48,463 bases of DNA, taken from assembly GCA_015065365.1 (NCBI GenBank), contig SVQL01000002.1:1-48463 (forward strand), written 5' to 3'. The notes beneath the pieces were generated by a model, which saw nothing but the letters and a program-made list of their open reading frames with translations, was not told the DNA's origin and ran no database searches. Source of the stretch: Oscillospiraceae bacterium. Lineage in GTDB: Bacteria; Bacillota; Clostridia; Oscillospirales; CAG-272. Shown one piece after another: positions 45,903-48,463 of this stretch. The position numbers and the translations under genes were made by a program. The number at the start of each line of letters is the position of its first letter. Position 1 is the stretch's first letter.

Positions 45903-45926
45903 AGCCCCGATTTTCGGGGCTTTTTT
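45903..45926 (+). terminator. intrinsic terminator directly after tRNA-Ser
   Basis: GCCCCGA-TTT-TCGGGGC is followed by TTTTTT (45921-45926). Confidence 0.8.
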
Positions 45927-45952
45927 CGACTAAAGAAGGAGGAACTTTTAAT

Positions 45953-47122
45953 ATGTTGCCAAATGATTTCTTTAAAATAACTAAAAATATAGAGCAACAG
46001 AATAATCGCACCTTAAAAGAACTCTTCAAAGGATATATAAAAGGTTCATTTCTTATAGATATTAAGTACCGAGTTATAAAGGAGTTAGGTGAAAAATTGC
46101 TAACACTTTACGACTTTAACTTTCAGCGCCATATAAATGATTTAGTAACTCCAAAAGATACAAATTCAGAATATGATATTTGCAAACATATTGTTGGTGT
46201 ACACAGAGCAAACACTATTTTTCTTACAAGTGAAGAAAGAATTCAAAAGGAGAAGGATGAAAAATACAAATGTCAGTTAGTCAACCAAGTTGTTGAGCAA
46301 ATTTCTCTCAGACCTTATGGAAGTGCTTATTTCAGAGAAAAGAAAATAGTGTTAGGTGATCAATTTAACTACTACCCCGTTCCATATGAGTTGTTCGTGC
46401 TATGTATGCGTATGCATACCATAATTTATCAAAAAGGAGCAATAGGAGATTCGTCTTATTATTTTGCAAAAATCATAAACAAGGCAATGTCTGCATTAAC
46501 TCTTTTAGAAGATAATTTTTTGAGTACTGCATATTTACCATGTCGAACAGCACTTGAGGTATATCTTAAACTTCTTGTTTTGCGAAATTTCCCTGAATTG
46601 TTTGAAGAAGATAAAAAGTTTTCGTATTATGAAACAATTCAAACTTGCTGTGAGCAAGAATTTCCCGAAGAGTTTAATCAGTTGTTTGTGGGCAGAAAAA
46701 ACAAAAAAGAAAAAAATAAAATTGAATATTTGCACTATGGATTCGTTGATAAAATTCCCGATTATCATGGTATTGTAAAACAAAAGCCATATTCTTTTAA
46801 TGGCCTTTTGAAGTATCTAAAAGCAATTTCGTCAAGTGATATTTATGATGTGTTCGACACAATTGAAACACTGCATAAAATGTGTCATGGCTATGTACAT
46901 GGAGGGATTAGCGAATCAAAATATCCATTACTTCATTATTTTGAAATAACATTGATGTTAAACTTTGTTGTTCCTACGACTTATATGATGCTTTGCGAAG
47001 ATTATAATGAAGAAACAACTATATCTGGAATTGATGTTCTGGATAAAATTCAATCAGATTCTCAACTTTTGGTTAGCCAATACGATAAACGAAGCACGGA
47101 AAATTTCGAAATTAGAAATTGA
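45953..47122 (+). CDS. AT-rich hypothetical protein (389 aa), possibly AbiV/DUF5677-like; function unknown
   Basis: A strong SD AAGGAGG (45936-45942) lies 10 nt before the ATG. Base composition is much more AT-rich than the flanks. No TM helix or signal peptide, and no YxDD, Walker A or Rx4-6H motif was seen. LPCRTALEVYLKLLVLRNFPE and LHKMCHGYVHGG are the only conserved-looking patches. Confidence 0.7.
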   Translation: MLPNDFFKITKNIEQQNNRTLKELFKGYIKGSFLIDIKYRVIKELGEKLLTLYDFNFQRHINDLVTPKDTNSEYDICKHIVGVHRANTIFLTSEERIQKEKDEKYKCQLVNQVVEQISLRPYGSAYFREKKIVLGDQFNYYPVPYELFVLCMRMHTIIYQKGAIGDSSYYFAKIINKAMSALTLLEDNFLSTAYLPCRTALEVYLKLLVLRNFPELFEEDKKFSYYETIQTCCEQEFPEEFNQLFVGRKNKKEKNKIEYLHYGFVDKIPDYHGIVKQKPYSFNGLLKYLKAISSSDIYDVFDTIETLHKMCHGYVHGGISESKYPLLHYFEITLMLNFVVPTTYMMLCEDYNEETTISGIDVLDKIQSDSQLLVSQYDKRSTENFEIRN

Positions 47123-47319
47123 TAGGTTCAATAGTTTTGAATTTCAAAATAATATTTTCATGCCACTCCGATTTCTGCGTATTCTTAAACGCCTTATACT
47201 CCTTTGCGGTGCAAGCGTTATCGCTTGGTGCTTCGCACCATGCTCGCATTCTGCGAGCCACCGCGGAGCAATCTGCGCTCACTCGCTCACAAGCAAGCTT
47301 GCAGCCTCGTTTCGCTTGA

Positions 47320-47832
47320 TTATCTGGTGGCGAGGTAGTTAATGATGCTCTGCTTTGAGATGTAGTACTTGCCCATTATGGCGACTGCGTATATGTATTT
47401 TCTCTGCACGTACCGAAGGATTGTTCTTCGGTGATAGCCTGTCAGCTCGGCGACCTCGTCCACGGTGAGCGTATCGGGTACGGCAGAAAGAAGATTCTCG
47501 AGCATTTCTTTGAACCGCGCTCTCTCCTTGCCACGGAGCTTATAATTCGTATCATCAAAATAACCCCCACAGTCCGAGCCCTGCGACTCGGTTCTGCGAG
47601 GGTTATTTGTCTTTTTGGCGTTGAAAATACCGACGGGGATTTCTTTCCGCTTCTCTCGTTCGCTCTTTGTCATGTAGGCGAGAACATCCTCCTTTCTGAC
47701 AGAATATTTGTGCGTAGGCGTGTTACGGATTTCGCACGGAATGATTCCGTTTTGCAGCATCCACGCCGCCTTGCGCTTGCTGATGTGGAGCATCTTGTAA
47801 AGCTGCTCCAAGGAGATGATCTCGCCTTTCAT
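47320..47832 (-). CDS. double helix-turn-helix (excisionase/MerR-like) DNA-binding protein of mobile-element type
   Basis: 170 aa. LYKMLHISKRKAAWMLQNGIIPC and LTVDEVAELTGYHRRTILRYVQRKYIYAVAIMGKYYISKQSIINYL are two HTH_17-like modules joined by a basic linker. Confidence 0.65.
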   Translation of the reverse strand: MKGEIISLEQLYKMLHISKRKAAWMLQNGIIPCEIRNTPTHKYSVRKEDVLAYMTKSEREKRKEIPVGIFNAKKTNNPRRTESQGSDCGGYFDDTNYKLRGKERARFKEMLENLLSAVPDTLTVDEVAELTGYHRRTILRYVQRKYIYAVAIMGKYYISKQSIINYLATR

Positions 47833-48136
47833 TGTTTAATCCTCGCTTTCGGAATTGATACTCAGTACATTGACATCACCTCCTACTATTCCAAAGGAAA
47901 ATTCAAGCTCGTTGAGCAAAACTTTTTTAACACCTCCTACTTTCTATGGCAATTTTTAAGGCGTTTGCACACCCTTGATTTGAAATTTTTTATCACCTCC
48001 TTCACCTATGTAAAGGAAGTTTTTTGCACAACTGACCACCCTCGCAATAAAAATCTCACAAACTTTTTTCAACACCCCTCACTTGGTAGAGAGTGAGAAC
48101 GCCATTTTCCTGACGGTCTGAAAGAAAAAATTAAAA

Positions 48137-48463
48137 TTACCCCCTCAATTGGTAGAGAGCGAGAACCTTCAAAAGTACGGAGCCAATAACGATACCGATG
48201 ATCGCACCTGCGCCGAGCGTACCGTCGTTGCTTTCAGTAATTACATATCCGCAAACGTCGCAAGAGCCATTGGCATTGGAATCAATATGTGCGCCCTTAT
48301 ACTGCTTTGCGCCGCAAGCACATTCCTTGTAATGCTCATCGGCGGTCTGCTTCCAATCCTCACTATAGCTATGAGTATGGTTGGGATCGTTTTCTTCGGG
48401 GGTGGTATCGGGAGCAGTAGCGGAAATATCTTCCCAGATAGCATAAAGGATAGTATCCTTATG
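48137..48463 (-). CDS. C-terminal fragment of a membrane-anchored protein (5' end outside window)
   Basis: Not in ORF track (no in-window start). Own translation is ...NHTHSYSEDWKQTADEHYKECACGAKQYKGAHIDSNANGSCDVCGYVITESNDGTLGAGAIIGIVIGSVLLKVLALYQLRG*, with a Cys/His motif followed by a C-terminal TM helix. ORF-track entry 48241-48444 is a different frame and is rejected. Confidence 0.55.
   Translation of the reverse strand, partial: HKDTILYAIWEDISATAPDTTPEENDPNHTHSYSEDWKQTADEHYKECACGAKQYKGAHIDSNANGSCDVCGYVITESNDGTLGAGAIIGIVIGSVLLKVLALYQLRG

Noticed and set aside
45252-47122. Retron or DGR interpretation of structured ncRNA followed by an ORF
   Set aside because: The 389-aa ORF has no reverse-transcriptase motifs (no YxDD), no template/variable repeat pair is present, and no a1/a2 flanking repeats are evident.
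47282-47291. 10-nt match (reverse complement TGTGAGCGAG) to the core of the tRNA-unit insertion, as a possible cassette boundary repeat
   Set aside because: Only 10 nt are identical before the sequences diverge. A chance occurrence in 2 x 48 kb is not negligible, so it is noted but not used.
47836-47919. 27-aa TTG-initiated minus-strand ORF (MLNELEFSFGIVGGDVNVLSINSESED) behind an AGGAGGTG box, ending just before the HTH gene
   Set aside because: It is plausible but unsupported: it uses a non-ATG start and is very short, and I cannot assess its conservation. It is mentioned under the mobile-element finding only.
48241-48444. 67-aa minus-strand ORF from the track
   Set aside because: It is out of frame with the longer open frame that runs from the window edge to the stop at 48137-48139 and encodes a coherent Cys/His motif plus a TM helix.

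Overview
48.5-kb chromosomal segment that looks like a Bacillota (Clostridia-type) genome. Housekeeping genes include rnj, rpsO-pnp, ymdB-mrnC, T-box-controlled cysE-cysS and a U32-uppP-rnmV-birA-tmk operon, and they are interrupted by accessory blocks. The left third (1-16.6 kb) is an accessory cell-surface/phosphodiester locus. It holds a GDPD-EEP lipoprotein-GDPD operon, an AraC regulator, a serine hydrolase, a GH4 enzyme, an orphan solute-binding lipoprotein and two paralogous secreted beta-helix (GLUG-like) proteins. The larger of these (1535 aa) ends in an EEP domain. Intergenic DNA carries at least three families of structured repeats, one of which shows compensatory stem changes. The right end (45.25-48.46 kb) is the most unusual part. 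A consensus promoter drives two tRNA-Ser-derived units that each carry the same ~107-nt structured insertion, followed by an intact tRNA-Ser(UGA) and a terminator. Only 26 nt later comes an AT-rich 389-aa ORF with no room for its own promoter, followed by mobile-element-type genes. I consider this tRNA-like RNA array plus ORF the best candidate for an undescribed system. All functional readings are inference from sequence; no database search or folding program was run, and GC statements are by eye.
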